A program made the translations under genes and the position numbers. From Bacteroidota bacterium (GTDB taxonomy: Bacteria; Bacteroidota; Bacteroidia; Bacteroidales; Cfx3-03), in contig JACAUB010000001.1 in assembly GCA_013390605.1 (NCBI GenBank), positions 1,148,233 to 1,212,232 on the forward strand: 64,000 nt of DNA. The letters run 5' to 3'. The notes under the pieces were generated by a model that had not been told where the DNA came from, did not search any database, and saw only the letters and a program-made list of their open reading frames with translations. Each line of letters starts with the position of its first letter. The stretch's first letter is position 1. This document shows, in pieces, positions 19,355 through 29,561 of the stretch.

Positions 19355-22300
19355 ATGAAAAAACAGATATTTAATTTTATCAATAAAACCATTGCTGTAA
19401 TAGTGGTTTTATTATTTTCTTTTCATGCGGTTGCTATTGCTGATGATGGATGCACAATAAGAAAAGATAATGGGGATGGATATAAAACAACCATAACATC
19501 GGTTACTAAAGTTGGCGGAGGTTATCAGATTGTTATGACTGTTAATTATGACGGATCGAGTGGAAAGGGGCTTCACCGTTTTGGCGTTGAAGCAAATACA
19601 GGCACTTTTTCTAATGTTCGTTTTGATGTTGTGTCCGGTGATAATGTTACCGGAACTGTTAATTTAGGCCCACAGGTCTCCGGATTTCCTTTTTCTACAG
19701 GTTTTTATATAGATAACATCACCAATTTTGGAATAAAAGGCACTTCTGGAAGTTTTACCGTTACATATACGATTACTTCTTTGCAAGATCAAACTGTGGA
19801 TGCTGAGGTATGGCAGGATAACGGTAATACAAAAACAAAAGATGATGATGCAGATTTTGGTTCAGAAGATTTTCAATCCGTATATAATTGTCAGGTTGGT
19901 TGTGCAATGCCGGTGTTAACTCCTGCCGGCGGAACATATGCTGTTGCACAGACCGTTTCGATGAGTTCGACTACAACTGGCGCCACTATTTATTATACGA
20001 CCGATGGCTCAACCCCAACAACAAGTAGTAAAAAATATAGTGCTTCAATTACTGTCAATGCTAATCAAACTATAAATGCAATAGCAGTAAAAAGTGGTTT
20101 ATCAAATAGCGATGTTGCATCTGAGAGTTATATTATTGCTCCCGTACTTCCTACTCCAACCATGTCTCCTTCTGCAGGAAATTATACTACAGCACAGAAT
20201 GTTACATTAAGTTGTTCTACATCAGGGGTCTCTATACGTTATACAATTGATGGTAGTACACCTGATTTAACCAGTCCTATTTATTCGTCATCTATTAATA
20301 TTACTTCGCCAACTACAATTAATGCAATTGCAGTGAAGTCGGGGTATACGAATAGTGCAGTTGCTACTGGCTTTTATAATGTATTGTTACCGGTTGCTGC
20401 TCCCGTATTCTCGCCACAAGCCGGAAATTATAATACCACGCAAAGTGTTTCGATTACTTCATCTACGGCCGGTGCTTCAATTTATTACACAACTGATGGT
20501 ACAACTCCTACCACCAGCAGTACCCTTTATACTGGCCAAGTGAGTGTTGATGTAAGCAAAACAATCAATGCGATAGCAGTTAAAACCGGAATGGCAAACA
20601 GTAGTGTAAGCTCAAGTAGCTATATTATCAAATGTGCAAATCCTACATTTTCGCCGGTATCGGGTACCTATAATGCATTTCAGTCTGTTGCTTTAAGTAG
20701 TATTACTCCTGGTGTTTCTATACGTTATACGACTGATGGAAGTGATCCAAGTGCAACAAGTGGAACGATTTATTCCACTCCAATTTCGGTAACCTCAACC
20801 AGCTTAATAAAAGCAATAGCTTATAAGACAGGTGCAACTAGTAGTGATGTTGCCTCAAGTAATTATGTGATTTCACTTTTGAAAATTTCTAATCCTGTTT
20901 TATCACCAGCCCAGGGTACTTATAACTCATATCAGAGTGTTACTATTACATGTCCAACAGATGGTGTTACCATTAAATATACGACCGATAATAGTGATGC
21001 AAGTCCAACTAACGGTATTGTTTATACGCAAGCTATTCCTGTAAATGCCTCAACGGTGATTAAAACCATCGCTTATAAGACCGGGATGGCTAATAGTGAC
21101 CTGGTGACAGGTAGCTATGTTATTCAGTTACTTGCTGTTGATGCACCGTCATTTACACCTCAGCCTGGATCATACAATACAGCTCAAAGTGTAGCAGTGG
21201 CATCAACAACATCGGGAGCTGCCATTTATTATACGACCAATGGAACCACACCAACTACTTCTAGCTCATTATATAATGGCGTAATCGCAGTTTCTCAAAA
21301 TACTACTTTGAATGCGATAGCAGTAAAAGCAGGCATGTTAAATAGTTCGGTTACTACTGGGGTTTACAATATAAAATGTGCAATCCCCAGTTTCTCAATT
21401 ACCCCTGGCAGCTACGCAACTACACAGAGTGTGTCTTTATCTACGACAACCAGTGGTGCAACCATCAAATATACAACCGATGGAAGTCAACCCAGCTCTA
21501 CCAATGGAACGATTTATAATTCTGCTATATCCATCAGTGCTACTGGTACATTAAAAGCGGTTGCTTACAAAGCCGGAATGAATGATAGTAATATCGCATC
21601 GGGTGATTATATTATCCTATTACCAACAGCTGCTCCACAGTTCTCACCTCTTCCCGGCACTTATAATGCAACTCAGAATGTAACTATAACATCTTCTGTT
21701 TCAGATGCTACTATATATTACACAACTAACGGAACGGATCCAACTAGCTCAAGTCCAAGGTATTCTATTCCCGTATCTATAAGTGCAACAACTACATTAA
21801 AGGCATATGCAGAGAAAGCTGGCATGACTCCAAGTACAATAACTTCAGGTCTTTATACTATTCTTGCACCGGCAAATGATCCAACTTTTACTCCTGCTGC
21901 AGGTACATACATCGGAAGTCAGAGTGTAGCGATTACAACAACAAGCTCTGGTGCTAAAATTCGATATACAACAGATGATTCAACACCAACCGAGACAACG
22001 GGTATCGAGTATACAGGTCCTATAACGATTAGTGCTAATACAACGATTAGAGCTATTGCTTATGGAACAAATTATTCAAAGAGTAATGTCGTATCGAATC
22101 AATACAATATAAAGGTGTCAACACCCGAACTCAGTGTATTAGCTGGTACCTACAATTTACCACAGTCGTTGACCATAACCTGCTCTACTGCAAATGCTAA
22201 GATTTATTATACGACCGACGGTACAGATCCTTCAGCGACTAATGGTACACTTTATACAGGTGCTATATCAATTCCTGTTAGTACAAACATTAAAGTAATT

Positions 22301-24001
22301 GCTATCAATACAGGCATGACTAACAGTGATCCTAAAAGTGCAAATTATGTGATCAGTTTAGACAAACTGGCTGCACCTATATTCACTCCGGTTGCAGGAA
22401 CCTATGCAGGAAGTCAATCCGTAACAATTGCTAGCGCAATATCTGGCGTTTCAATTGTTTATACATTGGATGGAACAACACCAAGCAAAACAAATGGAAC
22501 AGTTTATACCGTTCCAGTGATCGTTGATGCAAATAAAACGCTAAAAGCATATGCATACAAAGCCAATATGCTTGATAGTGATGTAGCTTTGGGTGATTAT
22601 AAGATTAAACCGACTGTTACTTTTACTCCTGCTCCAGGTAGTTATACATCATTACAATCCGTCGTCCTGACCTGTTCTGCATCAGATGTCATTATCAGAT
22701 ATACTACTGATGGCACTATTCCAAGCAAAACTATTGGTACGATCTATACTGCAGCAATAGCGCTTACTGGCAACACAACGTTGAAAGCAATTGCCTATAA
22801 GACCGGGGTGGAAGATGGCGATGTAGTTTCTGGTGATTATACATTTCAACTGACGAAGGCTGCAAGTCCTGAATTTAATCCTGTATCCGGAACATATACC
22901 GATCCTCAGTCTGTTGTATTGAGTTCAACTACAGCAAATGCAGTCATTCGTTATACTACAGACGGCACAGTCCCAACTAAAACAACAGGTACTGTTTATA
23001 AAGATCCGATAGCTGTATCGACTACTACTACAATCAACGCCATTACTTATGCACCAGGATTTAGTGATAGTGATGTATCGCAGGGTAAGTATCTAATTAA
23101 TCTTGGGGGCTTGGATACCGATGGTGATGGTGTTCCTGATAATCAGGATGATTATCCTTTGGATCCGACACGCGCCTATAATAACTTCTATCCAGGTGTT
23201 GGTTATGGGAGTTTAGCTTACGAAGATAACTGGCCTTATAAAGCTGACTATGACATGAACGACATGGTTATTGATTATCGATTTAATCAGATTACTAATT
23301 CGGATAATCAGGTAGTTCAAATTAAAGCTAAATTAGTTTTACGTGCCATGGGGGCAACCTACCATAATGGATTTGGAATTGAGTTACCAGTACTTCCTTC
23401 ACAGGTGAGTAGTTGTGTTGCAACACTGAAAAATGGGAATCCGGTTCCGGTTGGAAAACTATCTTCTATTGACCCTGTAAATGGTCTGGAAAAGAATCAG
23501 GCAAAAGCAGTGGTTATTTTATTTGACGACGGTTATGATGTCCTTCCACAGATTCATCCAGGTATTGGCGTAAATACAGATCCAACAGTTCCTTTTGTTA
23601 TTCCGGATACTATTAATTTAGTGATTACATTTGCGGAACCTGTAAACAGTAGTGTCTTTACAAGTGCTGTTTATAATCCATTTATGTTTATTAATAAGAC
23701 AAGGAATATGGAAGTTCACTTGCCGAATTATCCTCCTACATCATTAGCAAATACTGGTTTGTTTAATACAGGTGAGGATACCAGTAGCCCTTCAACACAG
23801 CGATATTATAAGACATCCAACAATTTGCCCTGGGCTATTAATATCTATGAAGGTTATAGCTATCCGGTTGAGAAAGTTGCAATTGTTACCGCCTTCTTAC
23901 ATTTTGCCGAGTGGGCACAAAGTGGAGGTGTTTCATATCCAGATTGGTACAAAGATCTTTCAGGGTATAGAGTTGCATCAAATATTTACACAAATAAATA
24001 A
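19355..24001 (+). CDS. giant cell-surface protein: unknown N-domain, 13 chitobiase/hexosaminidase-C-like (Fn3-associated) repeats, Ca-binding linker, C-terminal LruC domain
   Basis: Start moved to 19355 (MKKQIFNFINKTIAVIVVLLFSFHAVA). The repeat consensus is P.AGTY...QSV.L.....A.I.YTTDG..P...S..Y...I.....T.I.AIA.K.G...S.V....Y.I. It is followed by DTDGDGVPDNQDDYPLDP and then YGSLAYEDNWPYKADYDMNDMVIDYRF, which is typical of LruC domains. Confidence 0.85.
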   Translation: MKKQIFNFINKTIAVIVVLLFSFHAVAIADDGCTIRKDNGDGYKTTITSVTKVGGGYQIVMTVNYDGSSGKGLHRFGVEANTGTFSNVRFDVVSGDNVTGTVNLGPQVSGFPFSTGFYIDNITNFGIKGTSGSFTVTYTITSLQDQTVDAEVWQDNGNTKTKDDDADFGSEDFQSVYNCQVGCAMPVLTPAGGTYAVAQTVSMSSTTTGATIYYTTDGSTPTTSSKKYSASITVNANQTINAIAVKSGLSNSDVASESYIIAPVLPTPTMSPSAGNYTTAQNVTLSCSTSGVSIRYTIDGSTPDLTSPIYSSSINITSPTTINAIAVKSGYTNSAVATGFYNVLLPVAAPVFSPQAGNYNTTQSVSITSSTAGASIYYTTDGTTPTTSSTLYTGQVSVDVSKTINAIAVKTGMANSSVSSSSYIIKCANPTFSPVSGTYNAFQSVALSSITPGVSIRYTTDGSDPSATSGTIYSTPISVTSTSLIKAIAYKTGATSSDVASSNYVISLLKISNPVLSPAQGTYNSYQSVTITCPTDGVTIKYTTDNSDASPTNGIVYTQAIPVNASTVIKTIAYKTGMANSDLVTGSYVIQLLAVDAPSFTPQPGSYNTAQSVAVASTTSGAAIYYTTNGTTPTTSSSLYNGVIAVSQNTTLNAIAVKAGMLNSSVTTGVYNIKCAIPSFSITPGSYATTQSVSLSTTTSGATIKYTTDGSQPSSTNGTIYNSAISISATGTLKAVAYKAGMNDSNIASGDYIILLPTAAPQFSPLPGTYNATQNVTITSSVSDATIYYTTNGTDPTSSSPRYSIPVSISATTTLKAYAEKAGMTPSTITSGLYTILAPANDPTFTPAAGTYIGSQSVAITTTSSGAKIRYTTDDSTPTETTGIEYTGPITISANTTIRAIAYGTNYSKSNVVSNQYNIKVSTPELSVLAGTYNLPQSLTITCSTANAKIYYTTDGTDPSATNGTLYTGAISIPVSTNIKVIAINTGMTNSDPKSANYVISLDKLAAPIFTPVAGTYAGSQSVTIASAISGVSIVYTLDGTTPSKTNGTVYTVPVIVDANKTLKAYAYKANMLDSDVALGDYKIKPTVTFTPAPGSYTSLQSVVLTCSASDVIIRYTTDGTIPSKTIGTIYTAAIALTGNTTLKAIAYKTGVEDGDVVSGDYTFQLTKAASPEFNPVSGTYTDPQSVVLSSTTANAVIRYTTDGTVPTKTTGTVYKDPIAVSTTTTINAITYAPGFSDSDVSQGKYLINLGGLDTDGDGVPDNQDDYPLDPTRAYNNFYPGVGYGSLAYEDNWPYKADYDMNDMVIDYRFNQITNSDNQVVQIKAKLVLRAMGATYHNGFGIELPVLPSQVSSCVATLKNGNPVPVGKLSSIDPVNGLEKNQAKAVVILFDDGYDVLPQIHPGIGVNTDPTVPFVIPDTINLVITFAEPVNSSVFTSAVYNPFMFINKTRNMEVHLPNYPPTSLANTGLFNTGEDTSSPSTQRYYKTSNNLPWAINIYEGYSYPVEKVAIVTAFLHFAEWAQSGGVSYPDWYKDLSGYRVASNIYTNK
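19901..23100 (+). repeat. 13 tandem coding repeats, about 246 nt (about 82 aa) each
   Basis: Counted in the translation from CAMPVLTPAGGTYAVAQ to SDSDVSQGKYLI. The copies are well diverged at the DNA level. Confidence 0.85.
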
Positions 24002-24018
24002 TACAATTTAAAAGGGAA

Positions 24019-24056
24019 AGAGGGTGTCCTATTTTTGGGCACCCTCTTTTTGTTTT
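24019..24056. terminator. rho-independent terminator between convergent genes
   Basis: AGAGGGTG (24019-24026) pairs with CACCCTCT (24040-24047) and is followed by TTTTTGTTTT. Confidence 0.8.
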
Positions 24057-24069
24057 ATAAAAAAAGATA

Positions 24070-25293
24070 CTAAACGTTTTGAGCTGCTAATACCCCCGAT
24101 GATATCGCGAATTGGATATTATATCCCCCTGTGTCTCCGTCAATATCTAGAACCTCTCCGGCAAAGAAAAGACCTTTAACTAGTTTCGATTCCATTGTTT
24201 TTTGATTTACTTCGGCTAATGCAACTCCTCCATTTGTAGACATTGCTTCTTTAAAACTACCTAGTCTATCTATTTTAAATTCTAATTCAGTGATATTCTT
24301 TACCAATGCTTTTCTCTTTGTCTTTTCCAGATCGGCGGCTTTACTTAAAGGGTCTATCTGGCTTAGCTCGAGAATAGCCAGTAACAACCTTTCAGGAATT
24401 TCATAAATGGATAGGCAATTTTTAATTGATTTCTTACCATTAATAGAAATTTGTTCTAATAAGTGCTTCTCAAACTCGTCACTGTTTGCCATTTCTATTA
24501 AAGAAAGTCTGATGGTATCATCAGAATCAAGGAAGCGACTAAAATCAAGTATGCCGGGTCCAGAAATGCCCTTATGGGTAAATAGAATATCTCCTTGTGT
24601 TTGCCTGATCTTTTTTGAATCTCTATAAAGTTGAATAACCGAATCAGTGATAGAAATTCCTGCGCATATTTGAAATGGGAAGTTGTCTATTATAATGGAG
24701 GTAAGGGCTGGTTTTATTTGAGTGATGGTATGTCCAAGTTGAGAGGCGAAACGATATCCTTCTCCTGTTGAGCCTGTTTTAGGATATGATTTTCCGCCGG
24801 TACAAATAATGATATTCTTTGTGATGTATAAACACGTATGCGTCTGTACCTTGAATAAATTATCACTTTGGGTTATGCAAGAAATAGAGGTTTCATATTT
24901 TATACTGACTCTGTTTTTTATACATTCAGAAAGTAAAATGTTTAATATGTCTCTGCTTTTTAAAGTTTCAGGAAATATTTTTCCATTATTGACTTCAGTT
25001 AGTTTAAGTCCTCTTTCCTGGAAAAAAGAGATTACATTTTCATTGGAGAAATTATATAATGCAGTTCTCACAAACCGACTATTATCACCATAATGAGTGA
25101 GAAAATCGCTTATCTTTCCCGCGTGTGTAACGTTACATTGACCCGTTCCTGAGATGAGTAGCTTTAATCCAGCTGATTTATTCTTTTCGAGGAGACAGGT
25201 TTTCAATCCTTTTGCCCCACAAACTTGTGCAGCGAATAATCCGGCCGGTCCTGCACCAATAACAATAACATCAATTATTTCGTCTTCCGTCAA
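24070..25293 (-). CDS. HI0933/BaiN-like NAD(P)/FAD-dependent oxidoreductase
   Basis: 407 aa with VIVIGAGPAGLFAA. LLISGTGQCNVTH and the C-terminal GLFFAGEVLDIDGDTGGYN are typical of this family. Confidence 0.8.
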   Translation of the reverse strand: MTEDEIIDVIVIGAGPAGLFAAQVCGAKGLKTCLLEKNKSAGLKLLISGTGQCNVTHAGKISDFLTHYGDNSRFVRTALYNFSNENVISFFQERGLKLTEVNNGKIFPETLKSRDILNILLSECIKNRVSIKYETSISCITQSDNLFKVQTHTCLYITKNIIICTGGKSYPKTGSTGEGYRFASQLGHTITQIKPALTSIIIDNFPFQICAGISITDSVIQLYRDSKKIRQTQGDILFTHKGISGPGILDFSRFLDSDDTIRLSLIEMANSDEFEKHLLEQISINGKKSIKNCLSIYEIPERLLLAILELSQIDPLSKAADLEKTKRKALVKNITELEFKIDRLGSFKEAMSTNGGVALAEVNQKTMESKLVKGLFFAGEVLDIDGDTGGYNIQFAISSGVLAAQNV

Positions 25294-25404
25294 TTTCTGT
25301 TCTGCGTTATTATAAAATGAAAAGAGGTATTTTTTTTATAACCTATTAGCGAATTATTATGCTTATCGATTATTGTTTACAAAGATACCTCCTTTTATAA
25401 TTCT

Positions 25405-26427
25405 TTATGCAGGCATTCTGCCGGTGGCTTGTCTTTCAACCATCCATCCGGGATATTCAGGTGAAAGAGCAGATATTTTATCCAGGCTTTCTAGTTCTTC
25501 AGAAGATAATTTCAGTTGAGTAGCTGCGATGTTATCTAATAATTGATCGTTTCTTTTTGCACCGACAATAATGCTTGTGACATATTGCTTTGAAAGCATC
25601 CATGCTAACGCAACCCTGGCTGCTGATACCTCATGCGCGTTTCCAATTTCTGTCATTAAATCAATAATATCGTAAGCTTTGTCTTTATTGATAGGAGGGA
25701 AGTCAAAATTATCACGTCGACTATCTCCTGCCTTTTCATTGTGGCGGGTATATTTGCCAGATAGAAATCCACCGGCTAAAGGGCTCCATGGCATTAATCC
25801 TAAACCCTCACTTATCGCCATCGGAACTATTTCACGTTCTATGTCACGACTTGCAATGGTATAGTAATTTTGGAGAGCACTAAATTTAGTCCATCCCATT
25901 TTGTCTGCATAGCTATTAGCTTTTACTACCATCCATGCCGGATGATTACTGATTCCGATATAGCGAACTTTTCCAGCTCTCACAACATCTTCAAGGCCTC
26001 TCATGGTCTCTTCCAGAGGCGTGAGTGGGTCAACACCGTGGATATACAGGAGGTCAATGTGTGACATGTTTAAACGGGTTAAACTGTCGTTTACAGAATC
26101 AGCAATATGTAATCGGGATAAGCCAACCTGATTGGCTCCTTCGCCCATTCTGATACGAAGTTTTGTAGCAATTACAACCTGTTGGCGATTGATTCCAAGT
26201 TCAGATATTGACTTTCCCAGCATAATTTCTGATAATCCTTCCGAATAAGCATTTGCTGTATCAATGAAGTTGATCTTGTTGTCAATAGCTGTTTTAACTA
26301 ATTGGTTTACCTCATTTTGTGGAAGTTCTCCAATTGCTTGCCAGTAACCCTTTCCTCCAAATGTCATTGTCCCTAAACAGAGTTCTGAGACTAATACTCC
26401 AGTTTTTCCTAATTGATTGTATTTCAT
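25405..26427 (-). CDS. aldo/keto reductase
   Basis: 340 aa with LGTMTFGG, FIDTANAYSEG, IDLLYIHGVD and RYIGISN. Confidence 0.9.
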   Translation of the reverse strand: MKYNQLGKTGVLVSELCLGTMTFGGKGYWQAIGELPQNEVNQLVKTAIDNKINFIDTANAYSEGLSEIMLGKSISELGINRQQVVIATKLRIRMGEGANQVGLSRLHIADSVNDSLTRLNMSHIDLLYIHGVDPLTPLEETMRGLEDVVRAGKVRYIGISNHPAWMVVKANSYADKMGWTKFSALQNYYTIASRDIEREIVPMAISEGLGLMPWSPLAGGFLSGKYTRHNEKAGDSRRDNFDFPPINKDKAYDIIDLMTEIGNAHEVSAARVALAWMLSKQYVTSIIVGAKRNDQLLDNIAATQLKLSSEELESLDKISALSPEYPGWMVERQATGRMPA

Positions 26428-26631
26428 TGTTTTTTTCTTTAGTGTCTTTGATTATTTACTGATTTAGCCAGAATAAAATAGTTTTAATTAAATAAAGAAT
26501 AAGGTGTGTCAGAAAAGGATTTCTGATAAATTCACTCCTATTACCCAACAACCTATTTACAATATTGTTGATGACAAATTAAAGCCGAATTTATTCTAGT
26601 CACTAAAGGGTTGTTTATTATTTTCTTTTGG

Positions 26632-27765
26632 CTAATACTGTCTGATTTTAATGCAAGATGGACTAGTAGGTACCTTAATATCTGTTCCTACTTTTGTTAA
26701 CAGACCTGTTATGCTGTTTCTTTTAAAAACAACGATATCACCACTATTCATATTAGCAACAATCAGAAACTTTCCAGTTGGATCGAGTGCAAAGTTTCTA
26801 GGATGATTACCTAATGTAGATTGATAACCAATCGTCTTTAATTTCCCATCTTTTTGGATTGAGAATATAGCGATATTATTTTCTCCGCCACGATTCGAAG
26901 CATAAAGAAACTTGCCATCGGGCGAAATGTGAATATCTGCACTCCCAAAATTATCTTTATATTGATCAGAATGAGTTACAATATCTTGTATATGATCAAG
27001 TCTCCCTTTTTTGTATTTGTATACACTGATGGTTCCCGCCATTTCCTCAATACAATAAGCAAACATTCCATTCGGATGAAAAGTAAAATGTCGTGGGCCA
27101 CTACCTGCTGCAGTTTTTACAAACGGAATCTTAGCAAGTTGAAGAGGCTGATCTTTTGAACTATCAAATTGATAAATTCTTATTTTATCAGCACCTAAAT
27201 CAGGAAGGAAAAGGTAATTATTGTCCGGAGAAAACACCGACGAGTGGATGTGCGAATGATCTTGTCGGGCTTTGTTAACACTACTATCCGAATAGGTTAT
27301 GACCTGCTTAGCTGGTTCTATCGATCCATCTTTAGCTAAAGGATATACCGTAACACTCCCTCCTGAATAATTAGCATTCGCGATCCATTTCTCACTTTTA
27401 TGGATGGAAACATAAACCGGATTATCACCACCACTTTTCTGTGTATTTATGAAAGACAATGTTTGGTTTTGTGGATTAAAGGCAAAGCAGCTGATTGAAC
27501 CTGCATTGACAGTTTTTGTCTCAGTACAGGCATATAGGCGTTTCCCATCTGTAGATAATGTCAGAAAAGAGGGATTCAGAATATTCTTAACAGACGAAAG
27601 CTTGTGCAATACTCCACTTAGTGTGTCCAGTTCATAGATATAAATCCCCTCTTTATTCTTGTCATCGTTATAGGAACCTACAAAAACATAGCATTTCTGT
27701 GCTTGTAGATTTAAGCAAAACAGAAGGAGGGTTACGAAGAAAAAAAGTTGTTTTGTCAATTTCAT
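26632..27765 (-). CDS. secreted lactonase, 7-bladed beta-propeller (6-phosphogluconolactonase-like)
   Basis: 377 aa with a signal peptide. Recurrent blade motifs include GSGPRHFTFHPNGMFAY and GNHPRNFALDPTGKFLIV. Confidence 0.8.
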   Translation of the reverse strand: MKLTKQLFFFVTLLLFCLNLQAQKCYVFVGSYNDDKNKEGIYIYELDTLSGVLHKLSSVKNILNPSFLTLSTDGKRLYACTETKTVNAGSISCFAFNPQNQTLSFINTQKSGGDNPVYVSIHKSEKWIANANYSGGSVTVYPLAKDGSIEPAKQVITYSDSSVNKARQDHSHIHSSVFSPDNNYLFLPDLGADKIRIYQFDSSKDQPLQLAKIPFVKTAAGSGPRHFTFHPNGMFAYCIEEMAGTISVYKYKKGRLDHIQDIVTHSDQYKDNFGSADIHISPDGKFLYASNRGGENNIAIFSIQKDGKLKTIGYQSTLGNHPRNFALDPTGKFLIVANMNSGDIVVFKRNSITGLLTKVGTDIKVPTSPSCIKIRQY

Positions 27766-27836
27766 ATTCCGTTGTTAATTAGTTGTGTTGGTATGATTGA
27801 TAATAGCTTCGGTTATTAGGAGGCATCAAAATCAAC

Positions 27837-28124
27837 CTAAAACAAAAGTAAACTAAGACGATGATTTTGCAAAATATATTTACAGGTTCTCGTAAACGCT
27901 GCAGCTACTTTTCTAAACTCCCATTTTTGAGTGCCCTTATACCATATCTTTTTCACTGCCTCATATCCAATAGATTTATTAGCTTCTATGGTGCAAGTAA
28001 TCGTGTCAGTAATATCTTTATTTAATTGTACCAAAACAGTATCAGGTGATAAGAATACACAAAGTTCGTATTGTTCTAATGAATCATTTTTAATGATCCT
28101 AAAGTCATTCTGATAATCCATCAT
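27837..28124 (-). CDS. hypothetical protein (95 aa)
   Basis: ORF only. It starts 7 nt after the stop of the GIY-YIG gene, so it may be the last gene of the TetR-led operon. No motif recognised. Confidence 0.35.
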   Translation of the reverse strand: MMDYQNDFRIIKNDSLEQYELCVFLSPDTVLVQLNKDITDTITCTIEANKSIGYEAVKKIWYKGTQKWEFRKVAAAFTRTCKYILQNHRLSLLLF

Positions 28125-28131
28125 TGGTTTA

Positions 28132-28473
28132 TTAGTATCTTAATTCTTCTGGGGTATTCATTTCTTCGATCATCATTTGTTGTAGTAAACGCAATTCTTT
28201 TGGATAGTCAACTTTTCTTTCATCATCTTGTTTTAATTCTGATAAAATCTCAAAAACAAAATTGTCCTCTCCTTTTTCGTTCCAATCTTTTTGCAATTCT
28301 CTATTTCTATGTGTACCAAATTTTAACTCAAATTTATGCCTGTTCCATGTAGAAGTCATATCAACGCTATTGTCTACAAATATTTTGTTATTTGATATGT
28401 TTTTTATTTGAAAAACTCCCATTCGAAATTTCATCTGCTTGTATTCCTCTTTAATATCCTTCTTCGTTTTCAT
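28132..28473 (-). CDS. small stand-alone GIY-YIG domain protein
   Basis: 113 aa. MGVFQIKN...KIFVDNS...WNRHKFELKFGTHRNRELQKDWNEKGEDNFVFEIL follows the GIY / YIG / R / E-N layout of short GIY-YIG proteins. Confidence 0.65.
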   Translation of the reverse strand: MKTKKDIKEEYKQMKFRMGVFQIKNISNNKIFVDNSVDMTSTWNRHKFELKFGTHRNRELQKDWNEKGEDNFVFEILSELKQDDERKVDYPKELRLLQQMMIEEMNTPEELRY

Positions 28474-28719
28474 TATTTTATAAATCCTAATTGTTTAGCA
28501 GCTGTATATCTGTCAAAAACTTGTGTATGCCCACTAATTAAATGAATATTTTAATCGTTTCTTATATTCCAGGTGTGATAAAGTTTTCCCTTCCCACGGA
28601 TCAGCAGTATCAAGATAAATATTGTATTCGTTATGAATATATTTCTCAACTTTATCGAAACCTTGCTTGTTCCATACTTCAGTCATAAATTCTCGCAAAA
28701 AAGAATCGTTATTCATCAT
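28473..28719 (-). pseudogene. SnoaL-like ester cyclase with an internal deletion
   Basis: The 61-aa ORF (..FMTEVWNKQGFDKVEKYIHNEY..) is only the N-terminal half of a roughly 130-aa family. Directly after its TAG, in another frame, I read ISGHTQVFDRYTAAKQLGFIK-stop, which looks like that family's C-terminus. The final TAA overlaps the GIY-YIG ATG (TAATG). Confidence 0.6.
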
Positions 28720-28752
28720 TTTCTGTTTGATTGGTGCTAACTTCCTTGCAAT

Positions 28753-29349
28753 TTAGTTGTGTTGCTTTAATAAATTGGTGATTTGCTTATCTCTTAGTGT
28801 GATGAACTCTTTATAATCAGATGGTTGACGTCTATTCAGATAGAAAAGTAATAGCCCGGTTATGAAAAATTGCAATTGAACTTTTGCGTCTTCTGTTTCT
28901 TCTTTGGTGAATAGTTTCTTCTCTAAGCAATAATTCCAATCTTCTTCACAAAGCCTGTCTAAAAAATTATAGATCAGTTGTGTTGTAGATTGTTGTGAAT
29001 TTAGATCTGGAATTTTTTCAACATAGAATAGTTCGAATATGCCTGGATATTGAATAAAGTAATTTGAAAAAGCAATCATCTTCGACTTTATCGCATCAGT
29101 TCCGGTTTGATCTTTTTTTACCTGTTCTGATATAAACTGTGTACATTCATCCTGAAAATCTTTTACACATACAAAGATCAGATCTTTCATGTCTTTGAAA
29201 TAATTATACAAGGTAGTGTAGGAATAGCCTGCTCTCTCTGCAATGTTTCGCACACTGATTGCTTTAAAACCCTCACCGCGAATAATTTCCTTGGCTGCCT
29301 CAATAAAGTAGCTTCGCATTCTTTGTTCTTGAATCTCTTTCTTGTCCAT
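28753..29349 (-). CDS. TetR/AcrR family transcriptional regulator
   Basis: 198 aa with the N-terminal HTH segment FKAISVRNIAERAGYSYTTLYNYFKD. Confidence 0.9.
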   Translation of the reverse strand: MDKKEIQEQRMRSYFIEAAKEIIRGEGFKAISVRNIAERAGYSYTTLYNYFKDMKDLIFVCVKDFQDECTQFISEQVKKDQTGTDAIKSKMIAFSNYFIQYPGIFELFYVEKIPDLNSQQSTTQLIYNFLDRLCEEDWNYCLEKKLFTKEETEDAKVQLQFFITGLLLFYLNRRQPSDYKEFITLRDKQITNLLKQHN

Positions 29350-29370
29350 TTCGAAGTAGTATTATTTAAT

Positions 29371-29416
29371 TAACATTGCAAATATAATGAACAATGTTAA
29401 TATAAATAACATTGTT
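29371..29416. promoter_or_regulatory. probable TetR operator
   Basis: AACAATGTTA (29390-29399) and TAACATTGTT (29407-29416) form a perfect 10-bp inverted repeat. A third half-site, TAACATTG, is at 29371-29378. All lie 22-67 nt upstream of the tetR start. Confidence 0.55.
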
Positions 29417-29561
29417 TAACTATTTATTTTCTTTTAACTAAAACACGATTAAAGAGCTGGTAAATAAGCGCTAGAGATCGCCTTTTGTTTTTATACTTAT
29501 ATTCAATAGTCTGGCATTAGTTTTGTACACAATAGTTTATAAACTTTAAAATACCTTAAAG

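Noticed and set aside
19901-23100. Diversity-generating retroelement or phase-variable repeat tract in the LruC gene
   Set aside because: There is no reverse transcriptase or template repeat in the window. The 13 units are strongly diverged at the DNA level, so slippage or retrohoming is unlikely.
28132-28473. GIY-YIG gene as a homing-endonuclease insertion that split the ester-cyclase gene
   Set aside because: The cyclase C-terminal remnant lies upstream of, and is stop-start coupled to, the GIY-YIG gene. The damage is therefore an internal deletion within the cyclase gene, not an insertion.
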